From the IMG/VR virus record IMGVR_UViG_3300020045_008319, positions 1 through 37,201 of that record: DNA of 37,201 nt; one strand, given 5' to 3'. Below the pieces are notes generated by a model. The model made no database searches. It saw only the letters and a list, made by a program, of their open reading frames with translations, and was not told the DNA's origin. This DNA comes from a virus. Taxonomy: Duplodnaviria; Caudoviricetes. A program made the translations under genes and the position numbers. How positions within the stretch are numbered: position 1 is the stretch's first letter; each line of letters begins with the position of its first letter. This document shows, piece after piece, positions 25,696-33,421 of the stretch.

Positions 25696-26941
25696 TTCTA
25701 AACCTCATAAATTCAGCATCAAAATAAAGCTCAATTGTTCCTGTGTCTCCAAATCTATTTTTTGCTACATTAACTTCAAACCGTCCTTTTAAATCATTGT
25801 TTAATTTATCATAATATTCCGGTCTGTGTAATAATAAAACAATATCGCTCCACTCCTCAATTGATCCGCTTGATTTTATATCAGATAATAGAGGTTTACA
25901 TTGTTTGTTTTCTTCCGCTTCGCGTCTTATTTGTTGCATTATAACTATTGGTATTTTTGTTTTTTGCGCAATAGTTTTTAATCTGTCCATTATATACCCC
26001 AAACGTTCGTGTTTTTTTGCGTATGAATCATGGTCATAAAGTTTTTCCAGATGATCTATATATATAATTTCACAATTTTGTATTGATACCATTATCTCAA
26101 TAATTGGTTCTAATTGATCTATTTTAATATTTTGATTTTTAACGAAAATAATATTTTCAATAATGTCTTTTTTATATTGTTCAAGATTTTCAATAGTTCT
26201 TGATCTAATCTGCCCATAAGGGATCGATAATTCGTTCGATAATATTCTTTCATAAATTTCTTCATTCGACATTTCGAGTGAAATAAAACCAACTTTATGC
26301 CCTCTGTTTTTGTTGTTAATTGCCAATTGCCCGGCGAAAGCTGTTTTACCCATTGCTGTACGCGCGGCAATAGTTATTAGATTGCTCTCTCCAAACCCCT
26401 CTAATTTATCATCTAATCTATAATAACCAGTTTTAATTATTTTTCTTTTAGATCCATTTTTAATTTGATTTAATAACGTGTTTTTAACTTCCCATTCTTC
26501 AACAATTTCATTTTCGCTAAAATTTATATATGAAGAAATTTTAGAAGCTATATTCATTCCTATTGTTTTATAATTCCACACATCAATTTTATCCATGTTT
26601 TCTAACATTTCATTCCTAATTTTTCTTATTTGACAATAATTTTTTAATATTTCGGTTTTTATTTTACAGTCATCAATCGTAGAATCTTTGGGTAATTTAA
26701 AACTTTCTGGAATAATTTTACCGTTTTTTCTGTATTCTGTTTCGATTGCGTTTATGTCGGGTTTAATGTTTTGTTTTAAAAGTTTTTGCATGGTTTGGAA
26801 ATATTGTTTATTGTTTTCATCAAAAAAAGAATCTTCTTTTAGGTGCGTCAATCCTATTATCATACAGTCCCAATTATAAGTCATTGAGTTTAAAACAAAA
26901 GATTCAATTTTGTGGTCGAATAGTTTATTTGGATTTTGCAA
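25685..26941 (-). CDS. dnaB: Replicative DNA helicase, DnaB-like (SF4)
   Basis: AARTAMGKT (Walker A), ISLEMS, IYIDHL, QQIRR, LSDIKSSGSIEEWSD and KNRFG motifs. Confidence 0.93.
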   Translation of the reverse strand: MQNPNKLFDHKIESFVLNSMTYNWDCMIIGLTHLKEDSFFDENNKQYFQTMQKLLKQNIKPDINAIETEYRKNGKIIPESFKLPKDSTIDDCKIKTEILKNYCQIRKIRNEMLENMDKIDVWNYKTIGMNIASKISSYINFSENEIVEEWEVKNTLLNQIKNGSKRKIIKTGYYRLDDKLEGFGESNLITIAARTAMGKTAFAGQLAINNKNRGHKVGFISLEMSNEEIYERILSNELSIPYGQIRSRTIENLEQYKKDIIENIIFVKNQNIKIDQLEPIIEIMVSIQNCEIIYIDHLEKLYDHDSYAKKHERLGYIMDRLKTIAQKTKIPIVIMQQIRREAEENKQCKPLLSDIKSSGSIEEWSDIVLLLHRPEYYDKLNNDLKGRFEVNVAKNRFGDTGTIELYFDAEFMRFRNEY

Positions 26942-27932
26942 GCTCGGCCTCCAATTCAGTTATTATCCCGTCTTCAATCGCTTCCTTGATTTCCCTTTCG
27001 CAAACACGGTCTTTTTTAATAGCTTCTAATAATTCTTTTTTGTTCCTTTGACGCTTTTGTTCTTTAGTTTCTTGTATTGGTTCTATTGATTTTGAACTTC
27101 CTAAAATCAAAACGTCATTTATTTTGCTGGCTAAATTAAGGATACTACGACTGTCTTTTGTAAACCAAAATTCATTATTAAAATATGTTTTAATTGCGGA
27201 AACCACCCCCTGTACATTCAGTTTTTTAAGAAGTGTTTTTAGGATTTGACGATCTTTACTATAGTTTTCTATATAATCTATATTGTATTTTTCTTTATAT
27301 AGCTTTTTAAAGATAGTTTCGATAGAAACCAATTCATCAGAATTGTCCTTGGTTTTCGTTTCTTTTATTTTTTCTTCTTTAAGCATTTTATTATTAGAAC
27401 TTAAAGCATTTGGGGGTAAATTTTCCACTGGGTGGCTTTCACCACTGGGTGGCAAATAGCACGGGTGGTTTTTTATTGAATCGTTTTTAAAATCTAATTC
27501 TTTATTTTTAACTCTAACCTTACCTAACTCTAACCTATCCTTACCTAACTCTAACCTTACCTGGCTATCCAAACTGGATACATCTTGTATACATTTTGTA
27601 TACGCTCCATTTTCATCTTGTTTTAATTGGGCTTTTTCAATTTTATAATGTGTTTCTGTGTATCTGTCGTTTTGTATATAGTTGTGAATTTTCCAATCCC
27701 TAATAACGCAAACACCGGTTTCAAAAGGAATTAGAAATTGTTTTGAGCATAAAACCTTAAAATCATCCTCTGTTGCCCCAACAAATCTCATTATTTTTTT
27801 GGGAGAACCAACAAACCCATCATCATCCGCTCGCATAGATAAATCATAATATAAAAGCCTTGATGATAAAGGCATATTAAGAAACTCATCAGTGTCAATA
27901 ATTCTTAATGAAAACATTCTACGTTGCGCCAT
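26925..27932 (-). CDS. Phage replisome organizer/replication initiation protein
   Basis: MAQRRMFSLRIIDTDEFLNMPLSSRLLYYDLSMRADDDGFV is the characteristic N-terminus; followed by the helicase; GGAGG SD. Confidence 0.9.
   Translation of the reverse strand: MAQRRMFSLRIIDTDEFLNMPLSSRLLYYDLSMRADDDGFVGSPKKIMRFVGATEDDFKVLCSKQFLIPFETGVCVIRDWKIHNYIQNDRYTETHYKIEKAQLKQDENGAYTKCIQDVSSLDSQVRLELGKDRLELGKVRVKNKELDFKNDSIKNHPCYLPPSGESHPVENLPPNALSSNNKMLKEEKIKETKTKDNSDELVSIETIFKKLYKEKYNIDYIENYSKDRQILKTLLKKLNVQGVVSAIKTYFNNEFWFTKDSRSILNLASKINDVLILGSSKSIEPIQETKEQKRQRNKKELLEAIKKDRVCEREIKEAIEDGIITELEAELAKSK
27425..27562. repeat. Iteron-like direct repeats inside the initiator gene (putative replication origin)
   Basis: CCACTGGGTGGC at 27425 and 27442, plus degenerate CACGGGTGG near 27460. 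TAACTCTAACCT at 27509, 27525 and 27546. An AT-rich tract lies between the two sets. Confidence 0.6.
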
Positions 27933-27962
27933 TCATACCCTCCAATAAATTTTCCAATAAAA

Positions 27963-28069
27963 AAGCCAGCTTCACTACCCCTTGTTCGACCTCGGAAATA
28001 GTTTGGCTGGCTTATAGTCAACTTTAACGTTGACAAGAAAACAGGTCGAATATTGTTTTCAAGTCAACT
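27963..28069 (-). promoter_or_regulatory. Structured leader upstream of the replication initiator (two hairpins with complementary loops)
   Basis: AAGCCAGC/GCTGGCTT (27963/28006), GTTGAC..GAAAACA/TGTTTTC..GTCAAC (28029-28068), and loop-loop complement TTCGACCT (27985-27992)/AGGTCGAA (28043-28050). Confidence 0.5.
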
Positions 28070-28085
28070 ACCTTAGTATCATTAA

Positions 28086-28286
28086 TTATATATTGGTTTT
28101 TTGAGTTTGTAAATGTTTTTCTAATATATTTTTTCTTAAACATAAAGCTATGTTGTACATCATTTTAGGCATAACAGCATTACCTAATCTTATACAAATA
28201 TCTTTTTGTTCTTCCGACCATTTTCTTGGATTATATTTTGCAGGTTTAAGATCAGAAATATTCCTTTTTTCGTTCAACCATTTCAT
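28086..28286 (-). pseudogene. Chimeric remnant: ParB-like N-terminus fused to C5-methyltransferase motif X
   Basis: KRNISDLKPAKYNPRK (ParB/Srx-type N-terminus) is followed within about 10 aa by RLGNAVMPKMMYNIA (C5-MTase motif X); total length 66 aa. Confidence 0.6.
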
Positions 28287-28663
28287 ACTCGCACCTCATT
28301 CACAAATTTTGCTATTCTTTTATGCCTTTGTAAAAACGCTTCGTATTTACTTGCCTGATAAGTGTTTATACATTTCCAAGATTTATTATTCATGTGAAAA
28401 CCATGATGAAGTGGGATCAAGTTCAATAAACTATGAATGAACAGTGGAAACTTTTTGCAATTGTTTTTCGTGTCTGAACACCTATGATGCAAATCAATTT
28501 GAAGGTAACTGAAAATATCCATATCAGAAAGTCCTTTAAAAAGCGGGTTCCTTAACCGCACTAATCCAAAATTTACTTCCTTGTAATAAGGAATGCCATT
28601 ACAGTTTTTATAATGTTTAATTAAGTATTCTAGTTTTTCATTCCGAAAAGGAATCTTATTCAC
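28283..28663 (-). CDS. HNH-like hypothetical protein
   Basis: DLHH…LLNLIPLHHGFH resembles an HNH core. GTG start at 28663 follows AAGGGG; the annotated start at 28744 runs through a hairpin and a promoter. Confidence 0.55.
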   Translation of the reverse strand: MNKIPFRNEKLEYLIKHYKNCNGIPYYKEVNFGLVRLRNPLFKGLSDMDIFSYLQIDLHHRCSDTKNNCKKFPLFIHSLLNLIPLHHGFHMNNKSWKCINTYQASKYEAFLQRHKRIAKFVNEVRV

Positions 28664-28677
28664 ATTTGACCCCTTAA

Positions 28678-28705
28678 ATGATAATATAAAAAACCATGTT
28701 GTCAA
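28678..28705 (-). promoter_or_regulatory. Sigma70-like promoter
   Basis: TTGACA (28705-28700), 16-nt spacer, TATCAT (28683-28678). Confidence 0.45.
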
Positions 28706-28721
28706 CAAGTGGAATATACAA

Positions 28722-28749
28722 TCTGGGTGGCGACAACTCACCACCCAGA
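28722..28749. terminator. GC-rich hairpin just downstream of the methyltransferase stop
   Basis: TCTGGGTGG-N10-CCACCCAGA, a perfect 9-bp stem; weak U-tract. Confidence 0.45.
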
Positions 28750-28752
28750 CCG

Positions 28753-30003
28753 TTAAGAAGGATTATCGGCGGTTTGCCGGTTTAATTTTTCACAAACACA
28801 CTTTACAACGGGAACACTGACGGCATTACCTAAGCATTTATATCTTTGACTATCGCTAATTCCTTCTGTCCATCCATCTGGGAATCCTTGCAATCGCTCG
28901 CATTCTATGGGGGTTAAACGACGAATTAATCCGGTAGAATTTAAAAATTGTTTGTTCTGTCCACTGTATCCTTTTCTTAAATCATTCGGATTTAAACAAG
29001 GCGCAATCATAACACCATGCCTATCCTGTGACGTAACCGTAAAACTATCTTCACCAGCTTTTTTCATGCGCCTACCGTTTTGTCTTTTTATTATTCTGTC
29101 TGGCGTTAATATTGGCCTTACTACAAGCGGTTCTGTATCGCCCTTCTTTGTTTCACTTTTCAGTGTTGGACATAATTCTTTTAAATCCATTTTTCCAGTA
29201 AGCCTTTGGTCTGATTTTTGTATCATATACAACCCCGTCTTTGCGCCCTGCCCGCCGCCTTGCGCGGTTAGTTGTGCTGAAATTCCTTCTGGTGAATATA
29301 CCCTTTGACCTTGTGAGTTACTTCCTGTTTTTCCGAATGCGATTAGATCGCCACCGTCTTTATAATCTCTTGTGCTTAAAGCTGATGAATAATTTTTCCG
29401 AATCCGTTCCACTTCTCCTCCGCTTCCTGTTTGTGGTTCAACACTCCGGCTATTGCTTTCTCCGATAGGAAATACTTTGAATCCACTTCGGTTTCTAATA
29501 TGTCTGCCAACACCATAGATCCGCTCGCGGTTTTGTGGGAGAAACCATTTAGTATTAAGCAGTTGCCATTGTAACTCATATACCCCAAGCTCGGCGATTG
29601 TTCGCAATACGATTTCAAAGTCCCTTCCTTCACTACTGGAAAATAACCCTTTGACATTTTCAAAGATAAACCAATCGGGTTCGCATTCGGAAACAATCCG
29701 CATAGCTTCATAAAACAGACCACTTCGTTCCCCGTCCAGGCCTCTTCTTTTCCCAGCAATTGATAAATCTTGACATGGAAATCCGAAGGTAATAAGGTCA
29801 ATTCTTGGCAATCGTCCTTTGTAAATAGTTCTGACATCGCCTAAATCCTCCGATTTCTGAAAATGTTTTTTGTAAATTTGCTTTGCGTATTTATCAATTT
29901 CACTATGACCTTCCCATTCAAATTTAAAACCAGCTTGTTCAAGACCTAAACGAAATCCGCCTATACCTGAAAATAAATCAAGATAATTCTTTATAGCGTT
30001 CAT
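28753..30003 (-). CDS. DNA (cytosine-5)-methyltransferase, orphan
   Basis: Motifs DLFSGIGG (I), GFPCQDLS (IV), FENVKG (VI), PQNRER (VIII), RRLTPIECERLQGFPD (IX) and LGNAV (X). Start taken at MNAIK. Confidence 0.95.
   Translation of the reverse strand: MNAIKNYLDLFSGIGGFRLGLEQAGFKFEWEGHSEIDKYAKQIYKKHFQKSEDLGDVRTIYKGRLPRIDLITFGFPCQDLSIAGKRRGLDGERSGLFYEAMRIVSECEPDWFIFENVKGLFSSSEGRDFEIVLRTIAELGVYELQWQLLNTKWFLPQNRERIYGVGRHIRNRSGFKVFPIGESNSRSVEPQTGSGGEVERIRKNYSSALSTRDYKDGGDLIAFGKTGSNSQGQRVYSPEGISAQLTAQGGGQGAKTGLYMIQKSDQRLTGKMDLKELCPTLKSETKKGDTEPLVVRPILTPDRIIKRQNGRRMKKAGEDSFTVTSQDRHGVMIAPCLNPNDLRKGYSGQNKQFLNSTGLIRRLTPIECERLQGFPDGWTEGISDSQRYKCLGNAVSVPVVKCVCEKLNRQTADNPS
29376..29837 (-). CDS. Nested alternative-frame ORF within the methyltransferase (M.EcoHK31I beta-polypeptide-like)
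   Basis: 153 codons open in a second frame on the same strand, ending in LADILETEVDSKYFLSEKAIAGVL, a motif associated with C5-MTases. Confidence 0.6.
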   Translation of the reverse strand: MSELFTKDDCQELTLLPSDFHVKIYQLLGKEEAWTGNEVVCFMKLCGLFPNANPIGLSLKMSKGYFPVVKEGTLKSYCEQSPSLGYMSYNGNCLILNGFSHKTASGSMVLADILETEVDSKYFLSEKAIAGVLNHKQEAEEKWNGFGKIIHQL

Positions 30004-30406
30004 CGAATATCTCAACTGGCACGCCCATCGTTCCCATGTGGTGCTTAACAGATTCAAAGTAATCCATAAATTCCAACTTACTTAGTTTGGTTGTTGACTT
30101 TGAACCCATTAAAGGCTTCACGCCTTTCTTACTGCGAATCATTATAATTTTCGGTAAGAACAAATGTTTCATTGCTTCGTGGAGTTCAGTCGCTGTGAGT
30201 GTTGGGTCGTCTGATTTCAGGTATGACACTGCAAACGTAAGGAAAAGCCAGTAGCAAGAATTTTGATTTAATGACCTGCCTTTCTGATTGTCATTCCAAA
30301 CTATTTTACAAATAGTGTTTTCTGGAATTTGTTTATTATCCAGAACAAGCCCACGGACAAACCCATTATCAAAGGTCATGACCTTAAAATCTACTGCCCT
30401 TTTCAT
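29978..30406 (-). CDS. NinB/Orf-like recombination accessory protein
   Basis: RSLNQNSCYW, ELHEAMKHLFL and KSTTKLSKLEFMDYFESV motifs. Confidence 0.75.
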   Translation of the reverse strand: MKRAVDFKVMTFDNGFVRGLVLDNKQIPENTICKIVWNDNQKGRSLNQNSCYWLFLTFAVSYLKSDDPTLTATELHEAMKHLFLPKIIMIRSKKGVKPLMGSKSTTKLSKLEFMDYFESVKHHMGTMGVPVEIFDERYKELS

Positions 30407-30483
30407 CGTAAAATCCATTTGCTCATAATTAACGCGGCAACTGTAAAACTAGTTAGAATTCCCAAAACAATAAGCGCTTCCAT
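30403..30483 (-). CDS. Small hydrophobic peptide (26 aa), not in ORF track
   Basis: GAGGTG SD; MEALIVLGILTSFTVAALIMSKWILR; ATGA overlap with the NinB-like gene. Confidence 0.6.
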   Translation of the reverse strand: MEALIVLGILTSFTVAALIMSKWILR

Positions 30484-30486
30484 GTT

Positions 30487-31170
30487 TCACCTCACAAAAG
30501 CTTTAAAAATAGCTTCTTTTTGTGTCTCGGTCAATTCGTTCCAATCCCAAGCTCCATACCCAGAAAGCATTGAAGAAAATGAAGCGTCTTCGATTGCGTC
30601 TTTGCCAATGATCTTTTGGATCGCAATTAATCTAGGATCAACTTCTTTTTCCTTTGCTACGTTCTGGCTTGCTTGCGCTTGGAGTTCTTTCACAAATTCA
30701 GGAATATAATCAATCCCGATTGTAGGTTTGATTACTTCAATCCCTTTTGGAAGCCCGGTAATACCGGAAACATCAGCATAAGTATTACCACTTTGACTTT
30801 GTGAATGAATGACAGTAATGAAACAATTCTTTCCGATCAATTGCTTTTCGTCAAACCCGTTTGTTTTTTCTTCATCAGTCATTGGTCGACCTAACAAAGT
30901 CGGAAGAACTTTCATCAAGTTTGATTTGTCGAAAAAGCTCAAAGTGTATTTCAGGTATTTTGTCATGTTCGAACCAAGGTATTTCCCTTTGGTATATTGC
31001 AGGTAAGGAAGTTCTAGGGCAATGTAGATTTTTTCCTGGTACTTAATTTGCCCTTTGTACTCAACCTTTTGCATACCTAAGTAAAACACATTATACACAA
31101 CCGCTTGATGAGTTCCTACTGGAATCAATTCCCTTTCTACACCTTCATTCGTGTTACTAGGTTTTAACAT
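30487..31170 (-). CDS. Putative single-stranded DNA-binding/replication protein (OB-fold-like)
   Basis: IPVGTHQAVVYNVFYLGMQ…YTLSF..KSNL…LIGKNCFITVIH…YADV pattern seen in phage SSB-like proteins; AGGAGG SD; next to the NinB-like gene. Confidence 0.6.
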   Translation of the reverse strand: MLKPSNTNEGVERELIPVGTHQAVVYNVFYLGMQKVEYKGQIKYQEKIYIALELPYLQYTKGKYLGSNMTKYLKYTLSFFDKSNLMKVLPTLLGRPMTDEEKTNGFDEKQLIGKNCFITVIHSQSQSGNTYADVSGITGLPKGIEVIKPTIGIDYIPEFVKELQAQASQNVAKEKEVDPRLIAIQKIIGKDAIEDASFSSMLSGYGAWDWNELTETQKEAIFKAFVR

Positions 31171-31179
31171 AATTTCCTC

Positions 31180-31341
31180 CTATCGTTTTAAACCTTTTAA
31201 ATGTTTAACTGCTTTTTTAATCTCTTCATTTTCAGCAACTTCAATTGAGTTTTCAAATGTTTTATAACAAAATAACTGTCTGTCTTTTGGAAGCATACCA
31301 TACCGGATTAAAAGAACTTCAAATTTTGTACCCAGTTCCAT
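31180..31341 (-). CDS. Small hypothetical protein (53 aa), not in ORF track
   Basis: AAGGGGG SD; MELGTKFEVLLIRYGMLPKDRQLFCYKTFENSIEVAENEEIKKAVKHLKGLKR. Confidence 0.55.
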   Translation of the reverse strand: MELGTKFEVLLIRYGMLPKDRQLFCYKTFENSIEVAENEEIKKAVKHLKGLKR

Positions 31342-31457
31342 TATAACCCCCTTAAACGCTTAATCATTTTGTCCCAGTGCCACCGACGAACCAATTCTGC
31401 AAACCAGCCTTCTGAACTGTTCATCCAGTCCATGAACCGCTTTTTGAACCACTTCAT

Positions 31458-31778
31458 TTAATCCTCCTTAAATGGTTTTCTACAAATTAAACATCTTTTT
31501 ATTTTTTGTTCTTTTACATAAAGAACAGACTCGCATTTACAAGAAGGGCAATAATAAGATTTTAAAGGATTATTTATTTCCCCATTTTTTATTGAATCTT
31601 CAGCTTCTTGATCCCTGTAATTTTGATAATAACCATTATAATCTTCTGATTCTTCTCGGCGTCTAATTTCGGCCTTACATTCGGTCAAAAGTTCGGCGTC
31701 TTCTAATGGGTCTGATTTTATCAAAATTCCTAACAATCCGGCATCTGTCTTTGATTTTAAGTTAATTTTCATAAACAC
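31458..31778 (-). CDS. Hypothetical protein with C-terminal zinc ribbon
   Basis: CPSC…CLIC motif; GAGGTG SD. Confidence 0.7.
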   Translation of the reverse strand: MFMKINLKSKTDAGLLGILIKSDPLEDAELLTECKAEIRRREESEDYNGYYQNYRDQEAEDSIKNGEINNPLKSYYCPSCKCESVLYVKEQKIKRCLICRKPFKED

Positions 31779-31928
31779 CTCTTTTTATGTGTTTTTCAGG
31801 ATTTTCAAGTCAATGATATCAATGCTTTTTTTCATCGACTTTCGCATGATCGGCCTTTCTTGGCGCCTTCTCGTGTTTTCCATTACAAAAATGCGTTCTT
31901 TTAATTTCAAAGTTTTCAAACCTATATT

Positions 31929-32078
31929 TCACAATGCTTTTTCAAGTATTTGCCTCACAATCGCGGATACCGAATATTTCGACTGTTTTTTCAATGTTTT
32001 TAACTTTGCGATCAGGTTTCCAGTCAACGCAATTGACATCGGCTTTAAGTCTTCTTTTTGCTCAATTTTTTCTATCAT
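31929..32078 (-). CDS. Ribbon-helix-helix (CopG/Arc-like) transcription regulator (49 aa), not in ORF track
   Basis: GAGGTG SD; MIEKIEQKEDLKPMSIALTGNLIAKLKTLKKQSKYSVSAIVRQILEKAL shows the beta strand (MSIAL), helix and S.SAIVR..L pattern. Confidence 0.75.
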   Translation of the reverse strand: MIEKIEQKEDLKPMSIALTGNLIAKLKTLKKQSKYSVSAIVRQILEKAL

Positions 32079-32095
32079 AAAATCACCTCATTAAT

Positions 32096-32124
32096 ATTAT
32101 ATCATATTATTAATTATGGGTAAA
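32096..32124 (-). promoter_or_regulatory. Sigma70-like promoter with extended -10, upstream of the RHH gene
   Basis: TTTACC (32124-32119), 17-nt spacer ending in TGA, TATAAT (32101-32096). Confidence 0.6.
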
Positions 32125-32132
32125 GTTAACAA

Positions 32133-32318
32133 TTATTTATTATCCACTTTTGTTAATGCCCAAACAAAGGCTCCGATCCAGCCAAGAACAGACCAGCCGA
32201 GCAGAATGTTTACTGCGGCAATTGCTCCACGGTTATGATGATGCCGTCCGTAAGCAATAAACAACGGAATGAAATAGGCGACAATAATCGCAATGATTAA
32301 AACTAAACCGCTATCCAT
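32133..32318 (-). CDS. imm: Superinfection immunity protein (T4 Imm family)
   Basis: YFIPLFIAYGRHHHNRGAIAAVNILLGWSVLGWIGAFVWAL is the family signature. Confidence 0.9.
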   Translation of the reverse strand: MDSGLVLIIAIIVAYFIPLFIAYGRHHHNRGAIAAVNILLGWSVLGWIGAFVWALTKVDNK

Positions 32319-32327
32319 ATAATCCTC

Positions 32328-32564
32328 CTAATCGAAATCTAAACTTTTCAGCCCATCCTGGGCAATCAAAAGCGCTTTAATAAAGTAGAAAATTTCGTCA
32401 TCCCATTCAGCTTTTTTTAAAATTGAATTTATTTGTTCATCTGAAAACAAACCTGTCTTTTTTAACATAACTACTTTGTGGGAATATGGAAAAGATTTCA
32501 GGAACCAATTATCCCATTTCTTTTGAACCTCTTTGTTTGTTGTTTCAAAATCTCTGTATTCCAT
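32328..32564 (-). CDS. Hypothetical early protein
   Basis: AGGAGG SD; 78 aa. Confidence 0.7.
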   Translation of the reverse strand: MEYRDFETTNKEVQKKWDNWFLKSFPYSHKVVMLKKTGLFSDEQINSILKKAEWDDEIFYFIKALLIAQDGLKSLDFD

Positions 32565-32572
32565 AAATCCTC

Positions 32573-32740
32573 CTATTCATCTTCCAACGGACAATTTTCT
32601 GGTATAGTTTTAGGGCATTCGTCTTTCCAAATATTCCAAAAACATTCTTTACTTTGATTGTAATTTTGATTATAAGGACATTCGTAACAATCATAAATTC
32701 TGTCATATTTTCTGTTTTTCAAACTAATAATCTTAATCAT
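32573..32740 (-). CDS. Small Cys-rich protein (55 aa), not in ORF track
   Basis: AGGAG SD; …DCYECPY…ECFW…ECPKTIPENCPLEDE; TAATG overlap with the upstream gene. Confidence 0.65.
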   Translation of the reverse strand: MIKIISLKNRKYDRIYDCYECPYNQNYNQSKECFWNIWKDECPKTIPENCPLEDE

Positions 32741-33078
32741 TATTTTCTCCTTGTAGATATTTCGTCAAACATTTCTTGGTCTTTTCTGTCCTGTTCAATC
32801 TGTTCATAGGCGGCTTTGGTAAGTTCTTCAGGTTCATTTCTATTCTGGTAGTATTCAACCAATTCTTTCAGATCAATAAGCAATTGTTTCTTTGCATAAT
32901 CCGATTCGAGGCTGTTGTAAAACTCAATGAATTTTTCAATATTTACGAACTCACCTTCCCTATTAACCGTTTCCGCAACCCATTCGGCATATCCTGGAAG
33001 TTCTTCAGGTATAGCATTGAATTGTTTCTGGATCAGGTCATTCATTTCTTTGTCGTTGTAAGTTGGTTCGTAAGTCAT
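32740..33078 (-). CDS. Hypothetical acidic early protein (112 aa)
   Basis: ATG at 33078 (MTYEPT) follows GAGGTG. Confidence 0.7.
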   Translation of the reverse strand: MTYEPTYNDKEMNDLIQKQFNAIPEELPGYAEWVAETVNREGEFVNIEKFIEFYNSLESDYAKKQLLIDLKELVEYYQNRNEPEELTKAAYEQIEQDRKDQEMFDEISTRRK

Positions 33079-33245
33079 ATAATCACCTCTCAATTTTTGC
33101 AGTCGTTAAAATCAATCAGCCAAAAACCTATATGGATAAGTCTTCCCCTTTCTAGGTATTCTGGATTTTTTGTATCCCAAACAATTACTTTAAAAAACCT
33201 AAACCCATGTTTACTTCTTGTTATAGTCATATAATCACCTCTCAA
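33073..33245. repeat. Identical 21-bp direct repeats spanning stop-SD-start junctions
   Basis: AGTCATATAATCACCTCTCAA at 33073-33093 and 33225-33245. A related 17-mer, CATATAATCCTCCTAAT, occurs at 32316-32332 and 33419-33435. Confidence 0.85.
33090..33230 (-). CDS. Small hypothetical protein (46 aa), not in ORF track
   Basis: GAGGTG SD; MTITRSKHGFRFFKVIVWDTKNPEYLERGRLIHIGFWLIDFNDCKN; flanked by the 21-bp repeats. Confidence 0.65.
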   Translation of the reverse strand: MTITRSKHGFRFFKVIVWDTKNPEYLERGRLIHIGFWLIDFNDCKN

Positions 33246-33421
33246 CGATAATTCTTTCTGGCTATTTCTTTTCCGTCTTGATTTACGATGTTTCCGTTTT
33301 CATCAATTTCAATTTCTTCCTGCCATACCTCAGCTTCATTTTGCAAATCCTCAAAGGAAACACTCGAATTATTTTCGAAGTCTTCGGAAATCCACGCCTG
33401 ATCAATGATTTTGTATGTCAT
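33242..33421 (-). CDS. Small acidic hypothetical protein (59 aa), not in ORF track
   Basis: AGGAGG SD; MTYKIIDQAWISEDFENNSSVSFEDLQNEAEVWQEEIEIDENGNIVNQDGKEIARKNYR. Confidence 0.7.
   Translation of the reverse strand: MTYKIIDQAWISEDFENNSSVSFEDLQNEAEVWQEEIEIDENGNIVNQDGKEIARKNYR

Noticed and set aside
26119-26370. Nested minus-strand ORF in the helicase (also 34156..34353 and 34485..34715 in other genes)
   Set aside because: These are short, have no recognisable motif or SD, and fall within chance expectation, unlike the nested ORF in the methyltransferase.
31354-31932. Additional tiny minus-strand ORFs near 31360-31457 and 31785-31932
   Set aside because: They may be real, but competing frames and the lack of motifs prevent a supported call.
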